NCBI GenBank assembly: GCA_038087875.1
Contig: JAXLNO010000546.1
Location: forward strand, 62,001 to 126,000
DNA: 64,000 nucleotides
From: Malacoraja senta
Lineage: Eukaryota
Direction of reading: 5' to 3'
Part shown: positions 24,530 through 37,626 of the stretch, piece after piece
Layout of the letters: every line of letters begins with the position of its first letter
Position numbering within the stretch: position 1 is the first letter of the stretch
Position numbers and translations under genes: made by a program
Notes under the pieces: model-generated
What the model was told of the DNA's origin: nothing
What the model saw: only the letters and a program-made list of their open reading frames with translations
Database searches by the model: none

Positions 24530-26332
24530 GTAAATACGGTGCCCACATAGTTCACTTCGCTGATCCGGAATTTGCACTTGAGGGGATTTATCTTGAACTT
24601 GATCTCTCAGCCGCGATCCAGCACCCTCTTCAAATGGGCATCATGCTCCTGCATGTCCTGCCCAGCAACGCGAATGTCATCAACTATGATAGCGCAAGGG
24701 TAGCCGGCAAAAAGCTGTTCCATGGTGCGCTGGAATTCGTCACTGGCAGAATTGATACCAAATGGCATGCATAGAAATCGGTATCGCCCGATAGGTGTAC
24801 TGAAGGTGGTTAGCATGGACGATTTGTAGTCCAGTGGAATCTGCCAAAACAAACTCTTGGCATCCAGAACTGAGAACACCGTTACCCTACCCAAGTGTGT
24901 AGCTACTTCTTCTACCGTGCTCATAGGGTGATGAGGTCGCTTGATAGCGGTGTTGAGATCCTTCAGGTTGACACATATCCGCATCTCTTCCTTGTTCTTC
25001 TTGGTGGCCGCCACCATGGTTGATACCCAATCCGATGTAACAGGGCAGATGACCCCCGGAGCTTCCTTTCTATCGTGTTATTTCTGTATACGGTTTCGCG
25101 TGGTAACCGGAATGCACTGCGCAGGACGCACAACAGGGAGGACATTTGGATCAGTCCCAATAGTGTAATCGAGAGGGAGCTTATAAAGATCTTCGTTGAA
25201 AAGATCGTAATAGCTTGCAAGAATGGAGTGCAGTCTTGGATAGGAGCAAACTGCACAACTTTGCCGAAGAAGACCAAACCTAGCTTGATGCAGGTATCGA
25301 TGCCAAGCAGAGGGACGATAAAGAAATTCAGTTGATCGGAACAGGTGGCACTGTCACTCCACACTTCCGATGGGCGCACTCATAGGGCAGAGGTTCTTTT
25401 GATAATTTCCTGAAACGCAGACAGTGATAATACATTGCTGCGAGCACCAATGTCTATTTTGGCAATTACAGCCACATTGTTGACACGAATAGTGACCATA
25501 GGATCGCGGTGTTTATCGACACCTATAGTAAGGAATGTATGTTTAGACTAATTCCATCTACCGCAGGCAAATCTTATTTCCATCAAATCATAGGAGAGTT
25601 ATCAGATGCTTCGTGGGAAAAATCTGGTTGTATTAGATGCCCGGCTTGTTTAGTCTCAAACCTGTTCGCACGGGAACGGCAGCATCTGAAGAAATAGTTT
25701 TTACGCTTGAATCCGTGGCAAATTTTATCGAAAACCGGGCACTCTCACGGATGGCGGTGTGTGAGCAACCACAGTTAGCACATTCGAACCAAACCTGCCG
25801 GGCGCGTCCGTTGCCTGGCGTTTATTCTGAAATATGTATCCGCAGCTTCCCCATCATAAGTAGCATGAGTAACCAGCTAAAAAGAGTGTGTATCCGTGGT
25901 CTCGTAGAGAGGCCATTCTTTGACTCCTTTGTAATTGTGCTTAATATAATCTGAAGTTCATTGACAAAATTAATTTCTTTATAACCAGATGACAGTTGCT
26001 ATGATACGTCGCTTGGAAATTGTCGGGCTACGTGCAGAACCGGAGAGGAAACGGTCGCCGAATGTGCTAGTGGTAGAACCTGTTGCAAAGCAAAGCCAAG
26101 TATCAGACATGACTCATGATGCTTTTAATTGTATGGCTGACCTAGCCAGTGAAATTCCTCGTATGTTGTAAAACATACTTGACGAATAAAATCTGATTCT
26201 GATTCTGATTCTGATTCTGACATAACTGAAGCTATTTACCCCAAAATCCTCCTTTCACTCGTTTTGATCCGTTAATACGCGATATTCCACAAAGAATACT
26301 TGCACGACTGTGTCAATAAATAAAGGAGATTA

Positions 26333-27455
26333 CTAGAAACATAGAAACATTTAAAATAGGTGTAGGAGGAGGCCATTCGGACTTTCGAGCCAGCGCTGCC
26401 ATTCATTGCAATCATGGCTGATTGTCCCCAATCAACAACTCGTGCCTTCCAAATCCCCAAATCCCTTGATTCCACGCTCCTAGAGCTCTATCTAACTCTC
26501 TCTCAAATCCATCCAGTGATTTGGCCTCCACTGCCTTCTGTGGCAGAGAATTCCACAAATTCACAACTCTGGGTGAACATGTTTTTTCTCACCTCAGTCT
26601 GAAATGGCCTGCCCTTTATTCTAAGATTGTGGCCCCTGGTTCTGGACTCGTCCAACATTGGGAACATTTCCTGCATCTAGCTTGTCCAGTCCTTTTATAA
26701 TTTTATATGTTTCTATAAGATCCCCCTCATCCTTCTAAACTCCGGTGAATACAAGCCTAGTCTTTTCATGCTTTCCTCATATGACAGTCCCGCCATCCCA
26801 AGGATCAATGTCGTGAACCTACGCTGCACTGCCCCAATCACAAGGATGCTCTTCCTCAAATTTGGAGACAAAAACTGTACACAATACTCCAGATGTGGTC
26901 TTACCAGAGCCCTATACAACTGCGGAAGAACCTCTCTACTCCTATACTGAAATCCTTTTGTTATGAAGGCCAACATTCCTACACTGGCTTTATTCACTGC
27001 CTGCTGTACCTGCACGCCATCTTTCAGTGACCGGTGTACAAGGACACCCATGTCTCGCTGTACCTCTCCCTTACCTATCCTAACCCCATTAAGATAATAA
27101 TCTTCCCCCTTATTTTTGCCACCAATGAGGATAACCTCACATTTATCTATATTATACTGAATCTGCCCTCACACTGAACCTGTCCAGGTCACCCTGTAAC
27201 CTCCTAACATCCTCTTCACAGTTCACACAGCCACCCAGCTTTGTGCTCTCCGCAAACTTGCTAGTGTTGCTCCTAATTCCCCCTTCCAAATCATTAATAT
27301 ATATGGTAAACCGTTGCGGCCCCAACACCGAGCATTGCGGCACTCCATTCGCCACTCCCTGCCATTATTGGAAGGACCCGTTCACTCCGACTCTTTGCGC
27401 CATGTCTGCAAACCAATTTTCTATCCATGTCAACACCGTACTCCCAATACCATGA
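26333..27455 (-). mobile_element. CR1 RT and 3' fragment
   Basis: TAGAAACATAGAAACAT tail; ORFs 26713-27051 and 27152-27355. Confidence 0.9.
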
Positions 27456-27709
27456 GCTTCTGCTTCTTCTTTATGCTCTTTATAACGAGGCCGCTTACAA
27501 AACATTTGTTCGGGGTTACACCTACCTGTTCGAGTTAATGCGACAGTCGGACCAAATTTTATGCATTAATGAACCTTGGGCTGACAAATACAAGAACTGA
27601 CGTTTTTGGATATAGGAATTGAAATCAGTTATCTGGAAAAACGAACTCGACGACAGACAGCGTCTGAGGATGGCTTTCCATCTGAAAAGTTATCTAAGTT
27701 ATTGTTTCA

Positions 27710-29330
27710 TCTCCCCATATCCCGTGATTCCACTAGCCTTAAAAGCTCTATCTAACCCTCTTTGGAATGCATCCACTGAAACGGCCTCCACTGCCGCCTG
27801 AGGCACACAATTCTACAAATTCACAACTCTCCGGGTGAAAATATTATTACTCATCTCAGTTGTAAATAGTGTACCCCCTTTTTCGTATGTCGTGGCTCCT
27901 AGTTCTGGCCTCCTCCAAAATCGGAAACATGTATCTAGCTTTTCCAATCCATTAATTATCGTCCATGTCTCTATACGATCCCCTATCATCCTTCTGTATT
28001 CCAGACTATACAAGCCCAGTCGTTACATTCATTCATTATATGACAGGCTCGCCATCCCTGGAATTAACCTCGTGAATCTACGTGGCACTCCCTCAATAGC
28101 AAGAATGTTCTTCCTCAAATTAGCAGACCATAACTACACACAATACTCCAGGGAGGTCCTACCAGGATCCTGTACAATTGCAGAATGACCTCTTAGCTCC
28201 ATACTCAATTATTTTTGTTATGAAAGTTAAAGTTAAAGTTTCCTTTATTGTCAATCAAACTTTTAGTTTGAACGAAATTGCGTACCTTGAAGTCATGACA
28301 GAAAATAAAATAACAGAACACACAATCAACACAGTTTAACATCCACCACAGTGAGTCTACCAGGCACCTCCTCACTGTGATGGAAGGCAAAAGTCTTAAA
28401 GTCCTTGCCTCTTCCTTTCTTGTTCTCCCTCTGCATTGAAGCGATCCAGGCTTTCGATGTTGCGCCTCCCGCCGGTGATGGTAAGTCCCGCGGCCGATTC
28501 TGAGCTCCGCGAACGGGCCGGTTCAAACCCCGCGGCCCGGGGCGGACGAAATTGCCACCCTCCAGTCCAGCGGACGAAGCTGTTGTTGCGGGAGCTCCGG
28601 AAAATCGGTCACCAACCTGGGACCTGCGAGCTCCCTGTGAGCTCCCGATGTTGTCGTCCACTGGGCCCGTGGCCGAAGCCTCCGAGGCTCCAAAGTCGGG
28701 TCGCCGCCGCCGCAGCGCCACCGCATCCCAGAAGTCGGCCAGCTTCGCGATGGTGAGTCTTGGCTCTGCCTCCTGAGCCTCGAGGTCGGTCCCAGTTGGA
28801 GGCTGCCACCTTCACGATTAGGCCTCAGCGCCGACGAGACGGAGACGGAGATACGACAAGAAAAGGTCGCATCTCCCCCGGAGGAAGAGAGGAAAACAAG
28901 TTTCCCCCACCCCCCACACATACACAACTAAAAATAAACTAAAACATACGTCCAACATGACAAAAGCAAACAAAAAAAGGATAAGACAGACCGACTGCAG
29001 GTGAGCCGAGCTGCATGGATGCGCCGCCACTTCCAGCAAGTGAACATGCCATTAGCTTTCTTCACTGCCTGCTGCATCTGCATGCTTACTTTCAGCGTCT
29101 GATGTACAAGGACACCCAGGCCTCGTTGCACTTCCCCTTTTCCTAATCTAACACCATTCCAATAATAATTGGCCTTCTTTTTACCACCAAAGTGGATAAC
29201 CTCACATTCATTCAAAGGCTTTCTGAAAGTCCAGGTATACTCAATCCACTGGCTTTCTCTTATCAATTTTAGTTGTTACATCCCCAAAAGATTTCAGATT
29301 AGTCAAGCAAGATTTCCCCTTCATAAATTT
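27710..29330 (-). mobile_element. Deleted CR1 fragment interrupted by a SINE-like element
   Basis: YSLEYRRMIGDRIET...; CR1 sequence resumes near 29037 (AACATGCCATTAGCTTTCTTCAC). Confidence 0.85.
28224..29035 (-). mobile_element. Non-coding SINE-like retroelement, related to 5763-6500
   Basis: Shared ACATCCACCACAGTG...CACTGTGATGGAAGGCAA and AAAAGGTCGCATCTCC blocks; (AACTTT)n tail; splits a CR1. Confidence 0.8.
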
Positions 29331-29344
29331 GTATCACCTGCAGA

Positions 29345-30060
29345 GTTGCAAGTCGACAAAATAAAGGAGCTTATCGTCGACTTCAGAAAAAAACGGCACA
29401 GTCACACACCACTTCACATTAATGACAAGGATGTGGAGTTGGTCAGTAGCACTAAGTTCCTGGGGGTGCAGATTATGAACAGTCTGCCCTGGTCAAAAAA
29501 CATCCCATCATTAGTTGAGGGAGCGCAGCAGAGGTTGCACTTTCTGCGCCGGATGAGAAGAGCTCACCTCCCCCATCCCGTCCTCACCACTTTCTACAGG
29601 GGCACCATAGAGAGCATTTTAACCAGCTGCATCTCTGTCTGGTTTGGGGACTGTAAAGCCTCCGACTGGAAGTCCGTGCAGAGAGTGGTGAGGAAGGCTG
29701 AAAAAAACCACCGGGACTTCTCTTCCCTCAATCTGGGACATTGCGTGCACACGTTGCTTGTCTAAGGCCAGCAGTATTATAAAGGACCCCACACATCTCA
29801 ATCATGGACCCCACACATCTCAATCAATTCACTCTGCTGCCCTCGGGCAAGAGATATCGTAGTATAAGGAGCAGAACGGCCAGGTTTTGCAACAGCTTCT
29901 TCCCCCGAGCCACCAGACTCATGAATGCCATGTAATCTGCCGCCACCATTACCGATTTTATATTTATATCCATTTTATCTTTTTATCCATTTTATCCTTC
30001 TGTTATTTTGTGTTGCACGGCAATCCAGATGCAACAAAATTTCGTTCAGAATTGCATTTA
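29345..30060 (+). mobile_element. Rex1/Babar-type LINE 3' fragment
   Basis: KIKELIVDFRK...TKFLGVQI...AQQRLHFLRRMR...FYRGTIESILTSCISVWFG. Confidence 0.88.
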
Positions 30061-30062
30061 CT

Positions 30063-31560
30063 GCGGACTTCACAGGCAACGGCATCACAGGCTTCACTGT
30101 GATTGTGCCACTAACCCTGGCGGCGCGAGTGCCGGGAGCAAGACCAAATCGGGTTCAGCTGGCAGTCTACCTTCCTCGGAAGCGTCTCCACTGGGCCGCA
30201 AAGCACAGTTGCCCAGGTGTTCCTGTGGATACTGTTGAGAAGGCATCGGTTAGTTTACTGGAAGGATGTGCCTCCTTGAGCGTCTGTAAACTATCGTCCG
30301 CCTTCACTAGGTAAGATCGTGGTTCTGGACAGGACTCATCCACAACAGCAAGGCGATCGTGTCCTTTCACTACGACGATCGTGACCTTGAATCACGAGCT
30401 CATCACGAACAGGGATGTGCGGTCGCACCAGGAGTGGCAGCTTGTACTGTTTATCTGGCCACCCATGGCAAATGACAGAAGAAAGCGATCTCAAAGTGTT
30501 ATCATCAGCTGTCTGCGCTGCGAATTCGTCCAGACACGTGGAGTGAATGTAACTGGCCATCATGACAATCAAAGCCTCTTCCTCGACTGGGCATTTTTCA
30601 CGTCTTTCAAGGCGCCCGGGACAAAGTGTCAGCCAGTTGCATGTCCTTGCCGTGCTTGTAAAGAATGGTAACATCATACCTCTGAAGCTGCAACATCATC
30701 CGTTGCAGACGCGCTGGTGCTGCGTGAATTGGTTTGTTCAGAATGGTGACCAGGGGCTGATGATCAGTCTTTCTAAACACAAAATCATTTAATTCACTGC
30801 AGGCGAAAACCACTGCCAGTAGCTACTTTTCAATCTGTATATAGTGTTCTGTATCTGTAATTGTTCGCGATGCATACGCGACAGGCCGGCCGTCCTGCAG
30901 ACATACTGCACCTAAACCATATGGAGAGGCATCACAATTCAGCGGGACAGGTAGATTGACGTTGAAAGCGGCAGTGAGTTCGCTGAAGTTAGGGATGAGC
31001 TTCCCGAGATAGTTCAACATGCCCAAACATCTATGTCCGCTGGCAAAAACAGTGGGTTCGGTCATTTTGCCGATCGCCGCAGTTTTCGAAGGGTCTGCCT
31101 TGAGACCGTCACTGGTAAATATGTGGCCCACATAGTTAGCTTCGCTGATCCGGAATTTGCACTTGACGGTATTTAGCTTGAACTTGATCTCTCTGCCGCG
31201 ATCCAGCACCATCTTCAAATTGGCATCATGCTCCTGCATGTCCTGCCCAGCAACGCGAATGTCATCAACTATGATAGCGCAAGGGTAGCCGGCAAAAAGC
31301 TGTTCCATGGTGCGCTGGAATACGTCACTGGCAGCATTGATACCAAATGGCATGCGCAGAAAGCGGTATCGCCCGAAAGGTGGTTAGCATGGACGATTTG
31401 TAGTCCAGTGGAATCTGCCAAAACAAACCCTTGGCATCCAGAACTGAGAACACCGTTGCCTTACTGGCCATCATGACGACGAAAGCCTCTTCCTCCGCTG
31501 GGCATTTTTCACTAGTCTTTCGAGGCGCCCGGGAGATAGTGTCAGCCAGATGCATGTCGT
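30063..31560 (-). mobile_element. Second deleted Gypsy copy, paralogous to 23370-24885
   Basis: ORFs 30823-31353 (PFGI...IVDD...CDASPYG), 30607-30813 and 30336-30677. Confidence 0.9.
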
Positions 31561-31562
31561 TG

Positions 31563-32446
31563 CTGGGTCTGGAACTGATCAATAACTTGATACCATTCCC
31601 AGTCTTCTTCAATCTGCAACTTGGATATTTTTGTTTGCAGATCCAATCAATGAGAAAACTGCCTGCACTCACGTAGTCTCTTCTGTCGTTGACCTCCGTT
31701 GTAAAGAATGAGAACTCCCATATTTATTCCCATCACAGCTCGATAATTGTGCTTTCTCCAGATGAACAGACACGTTGGCGAACAGATTCGTCATTGCATT
31801 TGCTCACCCATTTATTTTTCCATTTATGGAGTAACTCGTGGAAATGAACAAAAACAACGAGTAAAAACAGCGAAGGAATAATGGCATTTCAGTGGTCTAA
31901 AATTACAAGCATTCTTCATTTCGAAACGTCGACTGTCCATTTTCTGCACTGATTCAAATGTTATTTCCTCAGCAACCCCATCGGAAATGAATATTCCTGA
32001 AATGATGACATGCACGGCACGAGATACCCCTGCCCATAAACACACACGCACATGGACGCACAAACACACACTAACACAGTTGGTCAAAGAATGCATGTGT
32101 GTGGCACTATCTGTATCAATCGCCATCCGTTCCCTTTGGGATTGGTCACATGTGTCTTCGCTGAGTTCCATGAGCTCAGCATAGTGCGCTCTCTATGAAT
32201 TTCGACCATCTTCCCTTAAATAATTAGTGTTATGGAATCATAGTCATTGAGTATTTCCTCGTGGATATAGGGTATATGATCCAACTGCCCAGATCAGCCA
32301 ATATGGCCCGCAACACTCGACCCTCCTAACTGCATGTGGCCCATATCCCTCTAAACATGTTCTATCCTTGTACATGTGTAAATATTTCTTAAACTTTGCC
32401 ATTTTACCTGCCGTAACAATCTTCTCTGGCAACATTTGCGTGAAAC
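31563..32446 (+). repeat. Third, partial copy of the duplicated unit (matches 1-828 and 42277-43180)
   Basis: 31662 aligns to position 1 and to 42377; similarity ends at CATTTGCGTGAAAC. Confidence 0.93.
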
Positions 32447-33771
32447 TTCCGATAGGAATCTCGAAATATATATATATCGAGTTGCAGACTGAAATAGACT
32501 GTGAATGCATGGCCGTCCGAAGGGGGGGGGTGGTGCGCTGGATGCGACCGCACCCACCTTTTGTCCCCCAGAGTAAGAAAAAATCCCCAGAATATTTATT
32601 TTTTTAATCGGATTTCCTAGTTTGTGGGAAATCGCCCGAAATTCTGGTTCCGGCCGCTGGGGGAGAAAAAAATGCGCCCATCCGCGCCTGCGCAGTTGGA
32701 GAAGCGACGCAAAATGACGTCGTATCACCGCGCGTGCGCAGTGGGCCCGCGGTGGAATAAGACTGTCATTTGTGCTTCACCCAGTGAGCTCGATGCCTCG
32801 CGTCTACTCCAGGCAAGTAGTGGGAGGGGGGGGGTGCGGTGTCTGCCCGCCCGATCCAGCGTTTCCGTCGGGGGGGGTGGTGCGGTGCGGTTTGCCCGGT
32901 CCACCGTTTCCATCCGCGGCGTCGGGGGGGGGGATTGGGGGGTGGCTGCGGGTTGCTATGTGCGCCCTCACGCCCGGTCCAGCGTTTCCATCTGCGGCGT
33001 CGGAGCCTCGCCAACGGACAGCCAGGCGACCAGGAGACAGTCCTCCCGTCGCCGGGCGGGAACGGCTGTAACCCCAAAAACAGACGTCGCTGCGGCGGGG
33101 CCCGCTGCCCTCGCCTCCTCCCACCGCCTGGGCCCAAGCCATCTTCGGCCCACGCTGACCCCACGCCACCCCCGCTTGTCCCACGCCACCTTCACCCCCC
33201 CCCCCCCCCCCCCCCCCCCGCTTGTCCCACGCCACCTTCACCCCCCGCTTGCCTCACGCCACCTTCATCCGCCCCCCGCTTGTCCCAAGTCACCTTCCCC
33301 CCCCCCGCTGGGCCCACGCCACCTTCATTTTCGCACCCCCCCCACCCCCGCCAGAAAGAGGGGGGATGTGAGATTGGGGAGAAGGAGAGAGAGAGAGGGG
33401 AAGGGAAGGGGAGAGAGATGGGGGAGGGGAGAGGGAAAGGGGGAATATCTTTAATGTGATTGTAAAATTGAGGTAGGTTTTAGAGCTATTATATTTTTTG
33501 CTCATGAATAATATCAAATAATATCAAACAATTTGAACTGCTTTCTTTGCCTTGATAATAATACTGAAAATATGAATTCCAAAATTTGTGACTCTTTTTG
33601 CAGCATATTTTAATTTTATTTGAATATAACAATAATCTGCATGTTTTCAGAGTTATCATGGATCTGTCCGCAGTAATGCAGCAGTCCGTTGATGATGTTG
33701 CTGCTGAGGAGGGGGCAAATATGCGTCAGGCCGATAGCCTAATCGTTAAAGAGTTAATAGATAGCCTAATC

Positions 33772-34850
33772 GATAAAGAGCTGAGAAGAGGAATCAGAGC
33801 TGCCAAGGAAAGCTACGCTGAGAAGTTGAGGAGCAGATTCTCAGCTAGCGACTCTTCTTCAGTTTGGAAGGGCATGCAAGATATCACCAGCTATAAGAGG
33901 AGAGCCCCCCGCTCTTTGGACAATCGTCAAGTGACGAACGACCTGAATGAGTTTTACTGCAGGTTTAAAAATCAGAAACATAACCCTGAAAGTCCCTCCC
34001 CAACAAACACAGCCAGACCCCAGTCTTCAAAGAAATGACCCTGCACCCTATCCTTCCCATTCACCACTTCACACCTACTTAAGGTAAGACTCCAGTATGA
34101 AAAGAGTAGACCCTTTCCCACCCCAACGAACACTTCACACCTACTCACAGCCTGACAGTCTAAAAAGACTGGGTCCTTCTACACCCAACCCACTCCAATC
34201 ACCACTTCACACACAATTAGTCATCTTTAATCAGTCCCTGCAAAGATGTACTGTCGCTGCCTGCTTCAAAGTCTCCACTATTGTCCGTGTACCGAAAAAG
34301 GCAAGGACAACAAAGACTGGTCTTAATGACTACAGGCTTGTAGCACTGACCTCTGTAGTCATGAAGACATTTTTGAAAAAATAATGAAGGCTCTTGAAAG
34401 GCTTGTTCTGGCGAAGCTGGAAAATATCACACCCCTGCTGGACCCTCTGCATTTTGCATATTGGGCCAATAGATCTGTGGATGACGCAGTCAATCTGGGC
34501 CTGCACTTCACCCTCCAGCATCTAGACCGCCAGGGGACCAATGCGAGGATTTTGTTTGTTGATTTTTGCTCTGCATTCAACACCATTGTGCCACAGCTAC
34601 TACACTCCAAGCTTTCTGAGTTGACTGTGCCCGAACCCCTCTGTCGGTGGATCACCAGCTTTCTGACAGACAGGAAGCAGCATGTGAGACGGGAAAGCAT
34701 ATCTCGAAACCGCAGACGCTCAGCATAGGAGCACCGCAAGATGCTTACTCCCCCATCTCCTCTACTCTCGCCACACCTCCACAGACACCTCTGTCAAGCT
34801 TCTCAAGTTTGCGGACGACACAACCCTGATTGGACTGATCCAGGATGGGG
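33772..34850 (+). mobile_element. Rex1/Babar-type LINE RT fragment
   Basis: [40 protein letters not shown] and KFADDTT. Confidence 0.88.
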
Positions 34851-34879
34851 ATCTCTGTACTTTTTTCAGTTTGACATCT

Positions 34880-36140
34880 ACCTATAACATGGTGCCCAGA
34901 ACTGAACACAATATTCTAAATGCGGTCTCATCAACGTCTTATACAACTGCAACATGACCTCCCAACTTCTATACTCAATACTCTGAATGATGAAGGCGAA
35001 AGTGCCAAAATACTTTTTGACCACCTGATATACCTGCAACTCGACCTTCAAGGAACCATGCAACCATCAACCATTCCTCTTCCCACCTGGCTAATTGATC
35101 CAGATCCTGTTGCAATCATTCACAACCATCTGCACTATTTGCAAATCCACTCACTTCTGTATCATCAGCAAACTTGCTAATCTTGCCCTGTTCTGTGACG
35201 TTTCACAGAGTGCTGGAGTAACTCAGCGGGTCAGTCTGAGTATAGAAGTTGGGACGTCATGTTGCAGTTGCATAGTAAGTTGGTGAGGCCGCATTCAGAG
35301 TATTGTATTCAGTTCTGGGCACCATGTTATAGGAAAGATGTCATCAAACTGGAAAGGGTACAGTGAAGATTTATGAGGATGTTGCAGGGCTGCAGGGCCA
35401 GCGCTATAGGGAGAGGTTGAGTAGGCTGGGACTCTATTTCATGGAGCATAGGAGGATGAGGAATGATCTAACAGAGGTGTACAAAATCATGATTTGAATA
35501 GATATGGTTGAGTCTTTTCCCAGAGTAGGTGAATCGAGGAGCAGATAACATAAATTTAAGGTGAAGGGCAAAAGATTTAATAGGAATCTGAGGGGTATAT
35601 TTTTCACACATAGGGTGGTCGGTGTATGGAACAAGCTGCCAGAGTAGTTAGTTGTGGCAGGGACTATCGCAAAATGTAATAAACAGTTAGACAGGTACAT
35701 GGATAGGACTGGTTCGGAGGGATATGGATCAAACGTGGGCAGGTGGGACTAGTGTAGATGGGACACACTGGGCCGACGGGCCTGTTTCCACACTGTATCA
35801 CTTTATGACTTTCTATCTTTCCCTCTCAAACCCATTCTCCTGCCTTCTCCCCATTACCTCTGACACCCGTATTAATCAAGAATCTATCAATCTTCACCTG
35901 AAAAATGTCCATTGACGACCTCCACAGCTGAGTGTGGCAATGAATTCCACAGTTCACCACCCTCTAAACTATTCCCACTCACACGCGTTTGGCCCATACC
36001 CATCTAAATCGGTCCTATCCATGTACGTGTCCAAATGTCTCTTAAACAGTAGGATAGACCCAGCCTTAACTACCTCCTCTGGAAGCTTGTTCCATACAAC
36101 CACCACCCTTTTTGTGAAAAAGCAACCTCTCAGATTCCTG
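34880..36140. mobile_element. Cluster of CR1 fragments in both orientations
   Basis: Minus 34880-35185 ([11 protein letters not shown]), plus 35235-35810, minus 35815-36140 (FFTKRVVVVWNKLP). Confidence 0.82.
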
Positions 36141-36929
36141 TTCATTTCTGGAATATTGGTCATAAATTTGATGCAAAAATGCTCCAAAATAAGGCTCATA
36201 ATGCATCAGAGAGCATCTGAAACCCCTGAGCTTCCAGGGCCCTTAAGCGGGCCCTGGGCCCCGGCATCGAGTGACTTCACGCTTCGCGCTTGTGATGTGC
36301 GCAACGCGCACATTATTTCACATTAAATTTCTTGTAATCCTGTCATGCCCCCCCCCCCCCCCCCATTTTTAAAAGGTTCGTACGGGCTTGGAATGCAAAG
36401 AAGATGTTGGTAAGTTCCAGATACCAACGGAAAATGGTGGATGGAATTACAATATAAGGAGCGGTTGTGAAGCGAAGAGATGACATGCTACGGGAAATTA
36501 TGCAGTTAATGAGAAGAAACCTAACAGCATTGAAGCCTGGTGGACTGACTCTATCTAACTCAAGGGCTTCCTAAAGTTTTCAACACTTAAAGATAAAACT
36601 GGCATATGGTCTACGTTCCTTTATCTGTCGGGGTATTTAATAACATTATTTGAAATTGATGTTGCAGTTGTATTCCATTTATGTCAGGCCGCAGGGAGTA
36701 TTGCGTGCAGTACTGCTCTGTCAATTGCTGGAAGGATTTTGAGGTGTAATTGAATGTGGCAGAAGACGTTTACAAGATTGCCACTTTGATTGCAGGATAT
36801 GACTTTGAGGAGAGTTTTGATATATTTTAACGTTTTCTCTGGAGCGGAGTCGAATGTGCAACTATCTTCCGCCTTGGCTCTCTGACGCATGCTTGCTGAT
36901 CAGTCTGCCCCAGGTAACTGTTTTCATAA

Positions 36930-37165
36930 CGGTGGTGAAGCTATCGAATTATTTGCCACAAAAGGCCGTGAAGGCCAAGTCAGTGGATATTTTGAAGGCA
37001 GAGATATATAGATTCGTGATTAGTACCGGAGTCAACGATTATGGGAATAACGCAAGAGAATGGGGTTAGGGGGAGAGATAGACGACCCGTGTTTAAATGG
37101 CGGAGAACATTTGAAGGACCAAATGAGCTAATTCTACTCCTATTCCTTATGATCTTATAACGTTA
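36930..37165 (+). mobile_element. CR1 3' fragment
   Basis: NYLPQKAVKAKSVDILKAEIYRF; (CTTATGAT)-type tail. Confidence 0.8.
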
Positions 37166-37626
37166 TGACACTCTGATCGGCCGCCTTAGTCTCTGGTCAT
37201 CAATACACACTTTGCGACCAGGTTTGCTGTACGTAACCTGCTCCTCACTTTCCACTCACTTCGAAATCGGTGTCATGGAAAATTCTGATGATGTCTATAG
37301 CGGCAGTCATGGTTAACAGATAAACCGTTTTCTGTATAATGAGACAAGCCACTTGGCTGCCACAAGGGATCAGAGGGAGATCGATATTTATATTAATGGG
37401 TTCCGTAGAACATTAGCTATATCCTATGGAACGCTGTATTCTTCTCAAGACTCACATGTGCATAACGCCAATCATAGTTAACAGATAACGCGTTCTCTGT
37501 ATAATGAGACACACACTGTTGTCTATCACAAAGAATAAGAGAGACTGTGAGAGAGAGAGATACTTATATTAATGCATTCCGTAGGACATTCGTTATATTC
37601 CACGGAACGCCGTATGGTACGGTTCA

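Larger units (their letters stand above)
23011..26000 (-). mobile_element. Degenerate Ty3/Gypsy LTR retrotransposon internal region (K02A2.6/Mag-like), integrase core deleted
   Basis: Gag Cys/His knuckle remnants near 25670-25785; protease-like KIDIGARSNVL near 25430-25470; RT (VLDAKSLFWQI, PFGI, IVDD) 24607-25017; RNase H (CDASQYG, TDHQPL, ADTLSR) 23915-24415. No paired LTRs seen. Confidence 0.88.
32508..36390. mobile_element. Non-autonomous TIR DNA transposon (hAT-like) with a 5-bp TSD and nested LINEs
   Basis: Left end CATGGCCGTCCGAA; right end reverse complement CAAGCCCGTACGAA (11/14 match); GAATG at 32503-32507 and 36391-36395; GC-rich subterminal regions. Confidence 0.65.

Noticed and set aside
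32624..33459. 276-aa and 206-aa ORFs
   Set aside because: GC-rich repetitive subterminal region of the TIR element; open in many frames with no domain motifs.
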